Origin: an uncultured Verrucomicrobiales bacterium
GTDB lineage: Bacteria > Verrucomicrobiota > Verrucomicrobiia > Verrucomicrobiales > CAZUPP01
NCBI GenBank assembly: GCA_964622095.1
Contig: CAZUPP010000016.1
Span: 13,553-77,552 of the forward strand
Length of the DNA: 64,000 nt
Direction: 5' to 3'
Part shown: in pieces, positions 10,505 to 20,307 of the stretch
How the letters are laid out: the number at the start of each line of letters is the position of its first letter
How positions within the stretch are numbered: the first letter of the stretch is position 1
Notes under the pieces: generated by a model
Told to the model about the DNA's origin: nothing
Database searches by the model: none
The model's input: only the letters and a program-made list of their open reading frames with translations
Made by a program: the position numbers and the translations under genes

Positions 10505-11419
10505 ATGCGGAGGCAAGAGTATAACCACGGAGAGTGGGACGAGCATCGCTGTGAACGTTATTTGCGGGAGCATGATTCCCGCGCGGACCAGTACATTCAG
10601 CTGCTCGAGGAACACCTGACGGATCCTAACCGGGAACAGATCATCGCCCGTCGCATGGGCTGGGAACATCTGCTGGAGGGACACGAAGGCTCAGATATCC
10701 ATACCCGCGCCTGCCTTTTCTTCGAAGAGATCGAGCAACTTATGGAAGGCGAGGATGACGAAGCCTTCGGAGATTTGGATGAAGATGCCTGCGGCACCGC
10801 CTTCGAGAATGGGTTTTCTGATTACACGGAGGATGACGAAGAGGAAGGCTACGGTGCAGAGTTTGCCGGTGATGACGAATCGGATGAAGCCGTCTTTGGC
10901 AATTACGGCGAGTTGTTTGAAGGTGACACCCAGTTTCGTCAGGACGTTTTCTTTGACCTGAGCAACCCTGATGGTGCCGATGATCATGAGCTGTCACCGG
11001 AGGATTTTGAGGATGATCTGGACGACGATTTCACGACCCATCCGCTGTGTGATCTAGCCATCACCTACCATGCCTGGCTGGAGCGCCTCTTTATCGAGGA
11101 GCCAGCGCTGCTCGAGGAGCCAGAAGCAATTCGGCTCGCGGCCTACTCCGCGATCTGCTGCTCCAAACTGAATTCCGGCCTCGACGGAAATGAATTCGAG
11201 GATCTGGGCATGTCCATCGCCTACCTCAAACGCGCGGTAAAGGCGACCAACATGAGCCTGAATGCCTGTGCCGGGCTGGAAGGCCGGCAGTTACTCCCGA
11301 AGCGCCGCGTCAAGGATCTGCGTTCGCGAATCTTCAGGATTCGGGACGGGATCGTTGAGCTGATGGGCTTTTACCGGTCAGAATGGCTTCGGCGCGCCAG
11401 CAACGGCGGGGAAGAATAG
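10505..11419 (+). CDS. Hypothetical protein with very acidic central region
   Basis: 304-aa ORF with an RBS (aggag) upstream; helical N- and C-termini around a D/E-rich linker. Confidence 0.75.
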   Translation: MRRQEYNHGEWDEHRCERYLREHDSRADQYIQLLEEHLTDPNREQIIARRMGWEHLLEGHEGSDIHTRACLFFEEIEQLMEGEDDEAFGDLDEDACGTAFENGFSDYTEDDEEEGYGAEFAGDDESDEAVFGNYGELFEGDTQFRQDVFFDLSNPDGADDHELSPEDFEDDLDDDFTTHPLCDLAITYHAWLERLFIEEPALLEEPEAIRLAAYSAICCSKLNSGLDGNEFEDLGMSIAYLKRAVKATNMSLNACAGLEGRQLLPKRRVKDLRSRIFRIRDGIVELMGFYRSEWLRRASNGGEE

Positions 11420-11488
11420 GCCGAAGCACAGCCGAAAAGCGAGACCGAAGACGGGAAAAAGAGCGTTCTTTCCTTGAGGGATAGAATC

Positions 11489-11511
11489 ACCGTAGTTATT
11501 ATAATTACGGT
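11489..11511. promoter_or_regulatory. Near-perfect 23-bp palindrome overlapping a TATAAT -10 box
   Basis: accgtagttattataattacggt upstream of ORF 11535. Confidence 0.4.
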
Positions 11512-11534
11512 TACCGGACGATGGCCTCAACTTT

Positions 11535-13988
11535 ATGGCTAACCAAAGGCTGCTCTACTTCATCATCGGGGGGGTTGGCGCACTGCTTCTCATTTCTGCC
11601 TTTCTCGTGCAGAAATATGGAGTTTTGGGCTACGGCATCATTGTGCTTTTCCTGGGCCTGATCGTTGCTCTGATTCATTTTCAGGGGGACACCCTCTCCA
11701 GTTTCTTCAGCTCCTCCGGCGGTGGCTCGACGGCCAAAGGAAAGGTCCTGAAGGGCGCCCAGATCAAGGTAGCGGCAGAACCTGAAGAACTGACGGGGGT
11801 GGCCCGCAAGACCGCCCTGGCAAATTCCAACCATCCGCTCAAGGAGCGGATGCGCTTTCTGCAGGTAGAGGTCACCGTGAACCCGCAAGCACCCAAAGGA
11901 GCCTCTGATTCCGCGGTTAGCAGGATCGCCTGGAATCCAAGCGCTTTCCGGCTCGTGCCCGCGCAGACCAGCCCGGGTCAGCTCAAAGAAATCATTCAGA
12001 ACGAGTCGGGCGGAACGAACGTCCTTTCCGAAAAACCCGGCTCACAAAACTATGCCAGGCTGGAAGACTACTACATCTGGTCTCAGCACAGCTTTGTCTT
12101 CAACCCTTCTGACGAGGTTTTTGGCAGTACGCGGGTACGGTTTATTTTCGCCGTTCCACCGGATCTGCGACAGTGCAGGTTTGCCTATTATGGTGAATTG
12201 CTTTCCCAGATCAATCTGCCCCGCCGCCCGGCGGGCGCCGTGCCGGAGCTGGATGACCCAATGAATCTGGAGAGGGAAGCCACCGGCTCCAGCACTGCAC
12301 AGGCGGCGGCTGCTGCTGAAGTGCAGAAAGGCCGGGTGGCGACTATTCGCATCGATGAGGACGGCGAGGACGCGGAATCCGATGAATCCGGCGATCTCAG
12401 CGTGGCGCCTTGGAATGTGGGAAAGAAAGCATCCTACCATCAGCCCTTGGGAGTGGAGCTGGAAAACTCTCAGGGCAGCGCCAACGGTGATCCGCGGGGG
12501 TCCGGGCGCCGACCGCGTGTGGAAGGAACCGTTCGCCCGATCAAAATTGAGGAAGAGAAACCGCAACCACTCTCCCCCTCTGGCAAAGCCCGCAAAATCA
12601 CCAGCCGGGTGAACATTCCACCGGCCCCTGCCGCGGTTGAAGATGATCTGGACGTAGAGGACGATGTGCGTGAACCCGTCCGTGAGGAAAAGGCTCAACC
12701 CGCTTCGGTCCAATCTGAGCCGGCTGTGCAAGGGCACCGGCCAGTGGCGGAGGATCAACCGATTCCTTCCGCGCGGCGTCTCGTAAGGCCAGCCGATGAT
12801 TATTCTGCTGCTCCCTCTCAATCGTCCCCCCTCGCTTACGAAGAACCGGCGCTTCCTGAAGCGGTTACTGACCATGGCGCCGTCGCCACTCCCATGCCTT
12901 CCCGCCAGCGTCCGATTGAAACAGCCGCCTTTGCGGCGAATCAGGAGGCAATCAGGCGAGCGCAGTCCGAAGCGTTGCCCCCACCGAGAATGGCATCCCA
13001 GCATCGGCCCGCGCAGGTTGCACAGTCGCGCACCCAACCGGTTCAGCAGCGTGATCATCATGACCAGCCGGCCGTCGCACCCCGACCCGCCGCAAGCGAG
13101 CCCGCTCCCGCTGCCCCTCCCACCCCCGCCGGGATGATTCCGAGCATGGACATCCCGCGTTACCGCCGCGTTACCGGGCTTATCCCGCCTCCCGCTCCTT
13201 CTCCGGCCGAGGAAGCGCTTCAGCTCGAATCTCATCTGCCGGCAGCGCATCTCCCGTCTTCACAACCGGCACCTGAGGAAATCGTGGCTGCGCCGCCTCA
13301 GAACGCCTCACCGCCGGAGACTCCGACCCAGTCCCGGCAGACTTCAGTCCTGCGACTGCGACCGGAACCGGATGACGGCCTGGCCCACACCGAAACCGCC
13401 GGTTCTCCAGCGATTACCTTTGGATGGAGCGGCCAGGCGCGCTACGAGGAGCAAACTTCTCGAACAGAAAACGCAGGAAGCTACGGGGCGTCTGATGCGG
13501 AGGAAGCCTCGCCGCACGAATCCGTCGCGCCTGTTCCTGGGGCAGGTGATGGAGACGGACCACCCGCTCCCTTCCGTAAGCGCAGCCGGGAAGAGCTTTC
13601 CGCTCCACCCGGCGAACCAACGGAGTCCGGCGGAAGACGGGAACGGCGAATCACAAGCAACATCACGGAGCGTCTCATGGCGCTCTCACGTCGCACCGCA
13701 TCTCAGCAGCCAAACCCGGCCGAAGGTGACCGCGCCCCCCAGCCTCAGCCAAGTGCTTCCCCAACCCGGTCTCGCCCACAGACCCACGAATCAGAACCCC
13801 AGCGGGAGGCGGTTCCGGGAGATTATTTCCTGGTAGAGAACGGCCAGCCTTACGGGCCATTCCCGATTGAAGATCTCAATCGGCAGGTGTTGGCCGGTGA
13901 ACTCGATCCGAATGAGTTCACCTGGACCCTGGGAATGAGTCAATGGCGCACGGTATCTGCCGTGCTCTCGGACAAGGGCCTCGCCTGA
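11535..13988 (+). CDS. Membrane-anchored Pro-rich protein with C-terminal GYF_2 (DUF4339)-like domain
   Basis: Two N-terminal TM segments, long P/A/E-rich linker, C-terminal YFLVENGQPYGPF...L..G.L......WT.GM..W. Confidence 0.8.
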   Translation: MANQRLLYFIIGGVGALLLISAFLVQKYGVLGYGIIVLFLGLIVALIHFQGDTLSSFFSSSGGGSTAKGKVLKGAQIKVAAEPEELTGVARKTALANSNHPLKERMRFLQVEVTVNPQAPKGASDSAVSRIAWNPSAFRLVPAQTSPGQLKEIIQNESGGTNVLSEKPGSQNYARLEDYYIWSQHSFVFNPSDEVFGSTRVRFIFAVPPDLRQCRFAYYGELLSQINLPRRPAGAVPELDDPMNLEREATGSSTAQAAAAAEVQKGRVATIRIDEDGEDAESDESGDLSVAPWNVGKKASYHQPLGVELENSQGSANGDPRGSGRRPRVEGTVRPIKIEEEKPQPLSPSGKARKITSRVNIPPAPAAVEDDLDVEDDVREPVREEKAQPASVQSEPAVQGHRPVAEDQPIPSARRLVRPADDYSAAPSQSSPLAYEEPALPEAVTDHGAVATPMPSRQRPIETAAFAANQEAIRRAQSEALPPPRMASQHRPAQVAQSRTQPVQQRDHHDQPAVAPRPAASEPAPAAPPTPAGMIPSMDIPRYRRVTGLIPPPAPSPAEEALQLESHLPAAHLPSSQPAPEEIVAAPPQNASPPETPTQSRQTSVLRLRPEPDDGLAHTETAGSPAITFGWSGQARYEEQTSRTENAGSYGASDAEEASPHESVAPVPGAGDGDGPPAPFRKRSREELSAPPGEPTESGGRRERRITSNITERLMALSRRTASQQPNPAEGDRAPQPQPSASPTRSRPQTHESEPQREAVPGDYFLVENGQPYGPFPIEDLNRQVLAGELDPNEFTWTLGMSQWRTVSAVLSDKGLA

Positions 13989-14055
13989 GACTCGCGCTTC
14001 TTGGATTTTCTTTACCGCGGCTGGAAATCTGGAGCTTTTCTGGGACCATAGGGAG

Positions 14056-15273
14056 ATGCGCTCCTCCTTTATCCATAAGCTGATCGATCGAATCGAGCGG
14101 GTTGATTCTTCGGAATTACAACAGCTCTTTGTTCGTTTGGCTCAGGAAGCCGGCCTGCTTGAGACTATTTTCGACGCCCTTCAGGAGGGTGTTATTGTGA
14201 CTTCGCCGGAGGGTTTGATCGATTATGTTAATCCGGCCGCCTGCGGCATGTTCGGAATCAAAGCCGACAGTGTCCGCGGTCATAAAATCTCCCAGCGACT
14301 AGCGGGAGTTGATTGGCATGCCCTGACGAGCAGTGACAAGGTCGTCAGCCGGGATTTGGAGGTCTATTATCCAGAGAACCGGTTTCTGAATTTCTATGTC
14401 TTGCCGCTTCGCCCTCGGGGAGACAGCAGTCATTCCTCAGAGGATACCACCCCGGGGCATGATGAAGAAATTGCGGGTTATGCCATGGTTATTCGCGATG
14501 TGACAGAGGAGAGAAAATCCGCCGAGCGGATGATTGAAAGCGAACAGCTTTCCGCCCTGACCATGCTGGCTGCCGGAGTAGCCCATGAAATCGGTAATCC
14601 GCTTAACTCCCTGCATATTCATCTGCAATTGATGGAGCGAAAGGTGCGTAAACTCTCCAATGCTGGAGTGCGGGATGATCTGCAGGAATTACTGGATGTC
14701 TCCAAAGCGGAGGTCAGCCGGTTACATCACATCATCACCCAGTTCCTTAGCGCCGTCCGGCCGAGCGAACCCAAGCTGGAGAAAGAATCAATTAACGAAG
14801 TCCTCGAAGAGAGCGCCTCATTCCTGCTCGAAGAATTGCGCGATCGTGGAATTTCGGTTATTCGCGAATTACGTGAAGATTTACCGCATATCCTCGCTGA
14901 CCGGGACCAACTGAAGCAGGCGTTCTACAATCTCATTCGGAACAGCAGCCAGGCGATGAAGGATGGAGGCGAACTGATCATCCGCTCCGACATGGATGAT
15001 GAGCATGTGAAAGTGAGTTTCCAGGATAGCGGCGGCGGCATTTCCGCGGAAGTGATGAGCAAGATCTTCAATCCTTTTTTTACCACAAAACCCGCCGGAA
15101 CTGGTCTGGGCCTGCTTATCGTCCGACGGATTGTTCGTGAGCAGGGCGGGGAGATCGCAATTGAGAGCATCGAAAAGGAAGGCACCAAGGTAACGATTTT
15201 GCTTCCGTTGATTAACCGCCGCGTTCGGCTTCTGGAGACGCATCCCACCGAAGAACTTTCCACCAAAACCTGA
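14056..15273 (+). CDS. PAS-domain sensor histidine kinase
   Basis: PAS (EGVIV...YVNPAA), H-box AAGVAHEIGNPL, N-box NLIRNS, G1 DSGGGI, FFTTK, GTGLGL. Confidence 0.95.
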   Translation: MRSSFIHKLIDRIERVDSSELQQLFVRLAQEAGLLETIFDALQEGVIVTSPEGLIDYVNPAACGMFGIKADSVRGHKISQRLAGVDWHALTSSDKVVSRDLEVYYPENRFLNFYVLPLRPRGDSSHSSEDTTPGHDEEIAGYAMVIRDVTEERKSAERMIESEQLSALTMLAAGVAHEIGNPLNSLHIHLQLMERKVRKLSNAGVRDDLQELLDVSKAEVSRLHHIITQFLSAVRPSEPKLEKESINEVLEESASFLLEELRDRGISVIRELREDLPHILADRDQLKQAFYNLIRNSSQAMKDGGELIIRSDMDDEHVKVSFQDSGGGISAEVMSKIFNPFFTTKPAGTGLGLLIVRRIVREQGGEIAIESIEKEGTKVTILLPLINRRVRLLETHPTEELSTKT

Positions 15274-15286
15274 CTGCATTTCTACT

Positions 15287-16219
15287 ATGAACATACCCAC
15301 GATCGATACCAGAACCCTTGCTGACAAACTCAAACAAAGCCCGGACGAGACCATTTTGCTTCATATCTTGCCGTCCGCCTATTTTGAAGCAGAAAAAATA
15401 CCGGCCTCGGGCAATGCCTGCGTTTATGAAATGACGTTCCTGGATCAGGCGGCGAAGGTCATTCCCAGCCTGAATACGCCCGTGATCGTTTATGGCACCG
15501 GAGATGACTCCAGAGCATCCGCCCTGGCCGCGGAAAAACTGATCGCAGCCGGTTACGATTCCGTCACCAATTATGAAGCAGGATTAAGGGACTGGAAAAG
15601 AAATGGCGGCACGGTGGAGGGGACGGGTGCCTTACCCGCGGAGGTGCAAACAACCGATTTCCCGGCGGGCTACGAAAAGCGTGCCGTCGACCCGGAGCGC
15701 AGCATTATTCACTGGTTCGGCAGAAACATCCTATCAAACCATTATGGCACCTTGCGGCTGGTAGGTGGTGAAGTGGAAATCGATGGGGGCGATCTGAAGC
15801 GAGGTGAATTCATTGTCGATATGACATCGATGGCAAATGAAGATATTTCTGATCCCGACTTGAATCAGGTGTTAATCGCACATCTGAAGGACCCCGATTT
15901 CTTTGATGTAGAACGGTATCCTACCGCTGTCTTCAGCTTGCAGGAAGCGGAACTTCTCACCGTGGATAGTCCCGGTGAACCGAACGCGAGAATAAAAGGT
16001 AATCTGACGATGAAAGGAATCACCGAGGCGATTGAATTCGAGGCGGTCATCGGAATCAGCATGGACAATATCTGGGCCGCGCAAGCCACCCTCGAGATCG
16101 ACCGGACACGCTGGAATGTTTACTATGGATCGGGAAAGTTCTTTAAGAACCTGGGGATGCATCTGGTGAATGACTATATCACCCTTAAACTGGTGATCGC
16201 GTGTCCTCCCGCGGTATAA
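15287..16219 (+). CDS. Rhodanese-like + YceI domain fusion protein
   Basis: N-terminal rhodanese-like fold (KIP.S.N.CVYE, AAEKL..AGY..V....GL..W); C-terminal YceI (HLKDPDFFDV..YP, GNLTMKG.T, IDRTRW). Confidence 0.85.
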   Translation: MNIPTIDTRTLADKLKQSPDETILLHILPSAYFEAEKIPASGNACVYEMTFLDQAAKVIPSLNTPVIVYGTGDDSRASALAAEKLIAAGYDSVTNYEAGLRDWKRNGGTVEGTGALPAEVQTTDFPAGYEKRAVDPERSIIHWFGRNILSNHYGTLRLVGGEVEIDGGDLKRGEFIVDMTSMANEDISDPDLNQVLIAHLKDPDFFDVERYPTAVFSLQEAELLTVDSPGEPNARIKGNLTMKGITEAIEFEAVIGISMDNIWAAQATLEIDRTRWNVYYGSGKFFKNLGMHLVNDYITLKLVIACPPAV

Positions 16220-16300
16220 CTTCCCACAGACGTAGAGGTGAATCATGGAAGAAAGATCCTCTTGCTCCAGTCAAAGCCTAACGTCCACCCAGCCACCAAA

Positions 16301-17329
16301 TCAGCTTTCTGGAGAATCTGCATCTTCCGCGTCTGGTTCCAGACAATCTGTGACGGGCACTTCCGGTAGTTTGAGAATGGAGAGAAGGTTCTGTTCGTCT
16401 CCGCGCATCGCACGCTGGGCATTTACGTTTTTGACGAGTCCATAATAGATTTCGATAGTATACAGCACGAGGGTCCGCGGAATGAACCGGTCCAGACCAG
16501 GATCTCTGCCTTCCGGGATCATCGCCTGTTCGCCGTTGCGGACACTCCAGAGAATATCGAGGTCAATGAATTCCGGTCCTCGCGCGAAGGTGAGACGCTG
16601 ACCTCCCACCGCGTTCTGCCTCCGCGAGGGGAGTTCATTCCAATTCTCCTTCTCCAGCCAGGCTGATGCGAGCGCGACGATTTCCTGGGTATCGGAAAAT
16701 CCCAGGCCAGGTGCGACGATGGTCAGGCGGGATGTTTCTCCGGTTTTCTGAGTCACCGGATCAAGGTAGGCTACCCTCGCCTCGAGCCGGGGCACCAGCG
16801 TCAATTCTTCGCCCAGCGCCGTCTGGAGAGCACGTGCTTTCTCAAGTGGTGGAGGAAAAAAGACCTGCTGCGCGGACACATTCAAATGGGTGTGATCCCG
16901 CAGCCCCCATGGTATATCTTTTCTCTCATACTCCCGGGCGTCCGATTCTTCCCGCAGACTGATTAATCTCCAACCTCCCGCCTCAGGAAGGTAGCGATAG
17001 TAACCGGTGAAGCTGCGCCTCTCCGTGGGAGCCTCGGAAAATACCTGCACCATCTGGTAACCGGCTTCTCTCTTTTCCGTGGTGATTCGGACCGGACCTT
17101 CAAAGAAGGGAGCGCTTTTCTGCAGTCCCTGTTCCACGCTCTTGCCCAGAGCGGTTTCCGAAGGAGCGGTCGCCTGCACAGTGGCAGCGGTGTGTCCGGA
17201 CGCTTCTTCAAGAGCCTGCCAAAATGATTGCGCCGCCTTCTCAGGCGGGGCGGAAATCAGGCGGCATGGCTGTGCTGCCCAGAAGCTGAAAATCATGGCC
17301 GTGATGAGAAGATTTCCTGTGCTCTTCAT
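16301..17329 (-). CDS. Hypothetical exported protein
   Basis: Long ORF with signal-peptide-like N-terminus; no recognised family. Confidence 0.6.
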   Translation of the reverse strand: MKSTGNLLITAMIFSFWAAQPCRLISAPPEKAAQSFWQALEEASGHTAATVQATAPSETALGKSVEQGLQKSAPFFEGPVRITTEKREAGYQMVQVFSEAPTERRSFTGYYRYLPEAGGWRLISLREESDAREYERKDIPWGLRDHTHLNVSAQQVFFPPPLEKARALQTALGEELTLVPRLEARVAYLDPVTQKTGETSRLTIVAPGLGFSDTQEIVALASAWLEKENWNELPSRRQNAVGGQRLTFARGPEFIDLDILWSVRNGEQAMIPEGRDPGLDRFIPRTLVLYTIEIYYGLVKNVNAQRAMRGDEQNLLSILKLPEVPVTDCLEPDAEDADSPES

Positions 17330-17550
17330 GTCCAGCTTTCTTTGACTCCTGCCGGTCCTGTTCATGTTGAAGCGAGACCAGCTTCACCATGAATCCGGAT
17401 GTGCGGAAGGTGACAAGTTCCATCCCCCGATGCAAAGCCAAACCGTCAGGCGGCACTCTGGCGGGTTGCGTAAGCCCTTGGTCCAGCCTAAGCTGTATCA
17501 AGGAATAGAGCATCTCACCACGGCGCGTGCCGCGAAGAGTCTTTACGCAT

Positions 17551-17778
17551 ATGGGTGATTCAATCCAGGAGCGGTCCAAGCGGGCGATGAAGATCAAGAA
17601 CAACCCGCAGGCCTACAAGGTTTGCGAAGGTTGCGAGTCGATCGTGACCCGCAAGGCTTCCGTCTGTCCAAGCTGTCATGCCTACCGTTTTGATGAGGAT
17701 GAAAGGCGGGTCATTGATCAGGCGGAGATCCTTGGCAGCCGTGAGCAGACCAGTGTGCTCAGCTCCGACCTCTACTGA
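17551..17778 (+). CDS. Small zinc-ribbon protein
   Basis: CEGC...CPSC double CxxC. Confidence 0.75.
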   Translation: MGDSIQERSKRAMKIKNNPQAYKVCEGCESIVTRKASVCPSCHAYRFDEDERRVIDQAEILGSREQTSVLSSDLY

Positions 17779-17823
17779 GCGTTCTCTCTTGAGGGACAGG
17801 CCCCGCATGGTTAATCTGCCTCT

Positions 17824-18045
17824 GTGAAAAAGGTTAAGTGGGCCTACTTGGTAATTGCGGTTTTGCTGATCGCGGGCGGGATTATCCTGGCGGGAACCGT
17901 CACGACGGAGAGCTGGGGGGAAGCGATGGCAGACCAGACCGGTTCAATGCAATCTACCCCGCCGGCGATATCACCCGCCGCCCTTGGCATCGGGCTGATG
18001 GCCGGTGGCGTGCTCCTTCTTTTCCTCGCTTTCCGCCGGTTTTAG
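17824..18045 (+). CDS. Small two-TM membrane protein
   Basis: Two hydrophobic segments; co-oriented directly before panC. Confidence 0.65.
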   Translation: MKKVKWAYLVIAVLLIAGGIILAGTVTTESWGEAMADQTGSMQSTPPAISPAALGIGLMAGGVLLLFLAFRRF

Positions 18046-18048
18046 GCC

Positions 18049-18909
18049 GTGAAAATTTTACGCAGTCTGGCGGACATCCAGCAGTGGCGCTCTGCGCTGC
18101 CCGCAGAGGCCAGTGTCTATTTCGTGCCAACGATGGGAGCGCTTCACGAAGGGCATCTGTCTCTCGTGCGAATTGCCCGGCAACAGGCTTCCCGAGGAGA
18201 GGCTGGCTTGGTTGTGGTCAGTATCTTTGTCAATCCCCTGCAATTTGGCGCACATGAAGATCTGGGAAAATATCCCCGGCCGCTCGAGCGCGACCTGAAG
18301 CTCTGCGAAGCGGAAGGGGCGCAGGCAGTCTTCGTGCCGGACCCCGCGGAGTTAACGCCGGAAGCCAGTACCGTTTTTGTGGATGAAACAGGTTTATCCC
18401 TCGCACTGGAAGGAAGTTCACGCCCGGGACATTTTAGGGGCGTGTGCACGATCGTTTTAAAGCTGTTTAATCTTATCCAGCCGCGCGCGGCCGTTTTTGG
18501 GAAAAAAGATTACCAGCAACTGGCGGTTATTCGGCGAATGGTGCGTGACTTAAATGTGCCGGTAGAATTAATTGCGGGTGAAACCGTACGGGAAGCTGAT
18601 GGGCTGGCGCTTAGTTCACGGAACATTTACCTGAATGAAGCGGAAAGACAGGAAGCGCTCTGCCTGCGTGAGGCACTTACCGCCGCACGCGAAAGAATTT
18701 ATTGTCAGGAAAAATCCAGCCCGGCTCAGGAAGAAATACAGGAAATCGCACGAACCGTGGTAGGACGATATTCAAGGCCTCGGCTTGACTATTTTGTGGC
18801 GGCCGACCGGGAGTCTTTGGAGCCACTGGAAAAAGTGACCGGTCCCTGCGTTATCCTCGGCGCGATCCACCTCGGGCCTGTGCGTCTCCTTGATAATATC
18901 GAGGCCTGA
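18049..18909 (+). CDS. panC: Pantoate-beta-alanine ligase
   Basis: VPTMGALHEGH, SIFVNPLQF, RPGHFRGV, FGKKDYQQ, READGLALSSRN, RLLDN. Confidence 0.97.
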   Translation: MKILRSLADIQQWRSALPAEASVYFVPTMGALHEGHLSLVRIARQQASRGEAGLVVVSIFVNPLQFGAHEDLGKYPRPLERDLKLCEAEGAQAVFVPDPAELTPEASTVFVDETGLSLALEGSSRPGHFRGVCTIVLKLFNLIQPRAAVFGKKDYQQLAVIRRMVRDLNVPVELIAGETVREADGLALSSRNIYLNEAERQEALCLREALTAARERIYCQEKSSPAQEEIQEIARTVVGRYSRPRLDYFVAADRESLEPLEKVTGPCVILGAIHLGPVRLLDNIEA

Positions 18910-18916
18910 TCTGACC

Positions 18917-20257
18917 TCAACGGCCTTTCGGACTGAGACTTTTGCCCCGAGGCGCAAGCGCATCCGGGTCGGTTACCATTTCGGGCGGGGCTTCCGGTAA
19001 TTTGCCATCGTGGAAAAGCGGATCGTTGGTTTCCCGCATCCAGTAGTCGAGCCGCGTCTGCAAATCTGTCTTCACATCAGATAGTTGCGGATCGTCAATC
19101 CGGTTATCTTTCTCATTCGGATCGAAATAAAGATCATAGAGCATCTCCTGCGGCCGGGGTTGATCCAGCCAACCGTTCTCATAAAGAAATAGTTTGGAAA
19201 AGCCGTTGTCACAATTCGGGAGAATCGGTCTTTCCCGAGTGTCATAACGGCGGATCAATTTATATCTGTCCGTGCGGATACAACGCTGCGGTTCATAAGC
19301 TGCGTGATAGTTTACTTCAGCGAAAATCTGTTCGTTGACGGCCCTTTTCTCGCCAAGCATGAGGGGCAGGATGCTTTTGCCCTGGACCCAGTGCGGGACG
19401 GAAATCCGCAGCAAATCACAGATTGTCGGGAAAATATCAATGTGGCTTACCAGGGCATCGGAGACTTTTCCTCCCTCAAATCCTCCCGGTCCGCGCATCA
19501 GCAGCATAATGCCAATACCACTGTCGTTAAGATTGCACTTCATGAACGGAAAGGCCAAACCGTGATCCGTCGTGCAGATAATCAGAGTATTTTCACGAAG
19601 TTGCGGGGATTCATCCAGTGCCTGGAAAACAGCGCCCATTCTCGCGTCCAGATCCTGCGCGCACAGAATATACTCCGCCATATCCTTTCGCACTTCTGGT
19701 GTATCCGGGAGGGGATCGGGAACCTTGACGTAGCGGGCAAGTTCATCATCAGGTAAATCCGGAAATTCACGGTGGGTCTGACCAAAACCCACCGCCAGGA
19801 AAAATGGTTTTTGCGGGGGGTTCCGGAGAAAATCTGCCGCTCGTTCGTGAGCTTCACCTGGGTCGCCCAGATGTTGATGGTAGCCGATCGTCTTCCATGG
19901 CTCACCTGCATCGTGATTGGCGATATGCTGCACCCCGGCGAGCGCGGAAGTATAACCCTGCGCGTGGAGGGTGTGAATGATATGCTGGCTGTAATCGGAC
20001 AGGGCCCACCCACGATGAGCCAGCCCAAACATGCCGCTGCTGTGCGCTGCCTGGCCGGTCAGGAGCGCCGCGCGGCTGGGTGAGCAGGTTGGATTGGCAC
20101 AGTAAGCCTGGCGAAAAAGCACTCCTTCCTCCGCCAGCTTCTGCAGGTTCGGCGTCGGCACGGCGTATCCATAGGGCTGAATATAGCGGCCGGTATCGTG
20201 AGAATGGATGTAAAGGATGTTCGGGCGGGGCGGGCTCGAAACGGATTCAGAAGACAT
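18917..20257 (-). CDS. Formylglycine-dependent sulfatase
   Basis: PNIL, CSPSRAALLTG signature, TTDHG. Confidence 0.93.
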   Translation of the reverse strand: MSSESVSSPPRPNILYIHSHDTGRYIQPYGYAVPTPNLQKLAEEGVLFRQAYCANPTCSPSRAALLTGQAAHSSGMFGLAHRGWALSDYSQHIIHTLHAQGYTSALAGVQHIANHDAGEPWKTIGYHQHLGDPGEAHERAADFLRNPPQKPFFLAVGFGQTHREFPDLPDDELARYVKVPDPLPDTPEVRKDMAEYILCAQDLDARMGAVFQALDESPQLRENTLIICTTDHGLAFPFMKCNLNDSGIGIMLLMRGPGGFEGGKVSDALVSHIDIFPTICDLLRISVPHWVQGKSILPLMLGEKRAVNEQIFAEVNYHAAYEPQRCIRTDRYKLIRRYDTRERPILPNCDNGFSKLFLYENGWLDQPRPQEMLYDLYFDPNEKDNRIDDPQLSDVKTDLQTRLDYWMRETNDPLFHDGKLPEAPPEMVTDPDALAPRGKSLSPKGR

Positions 20258-20307
20258 GGGCGTGCAAATTATATTTCAGGAGTGTTTAAGTCCGGGCGGA
20301 AGGTAAG

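Noticed and set aside
12042-13250. 402-aa antisense ORF and similar long shadow ORFs (2467-3255, 3268-4038, 39127-39996, 55256-56062)
   Set aside because: They lie antisense to well-supported genes in GC-rich DNA and have no recognisable motifs
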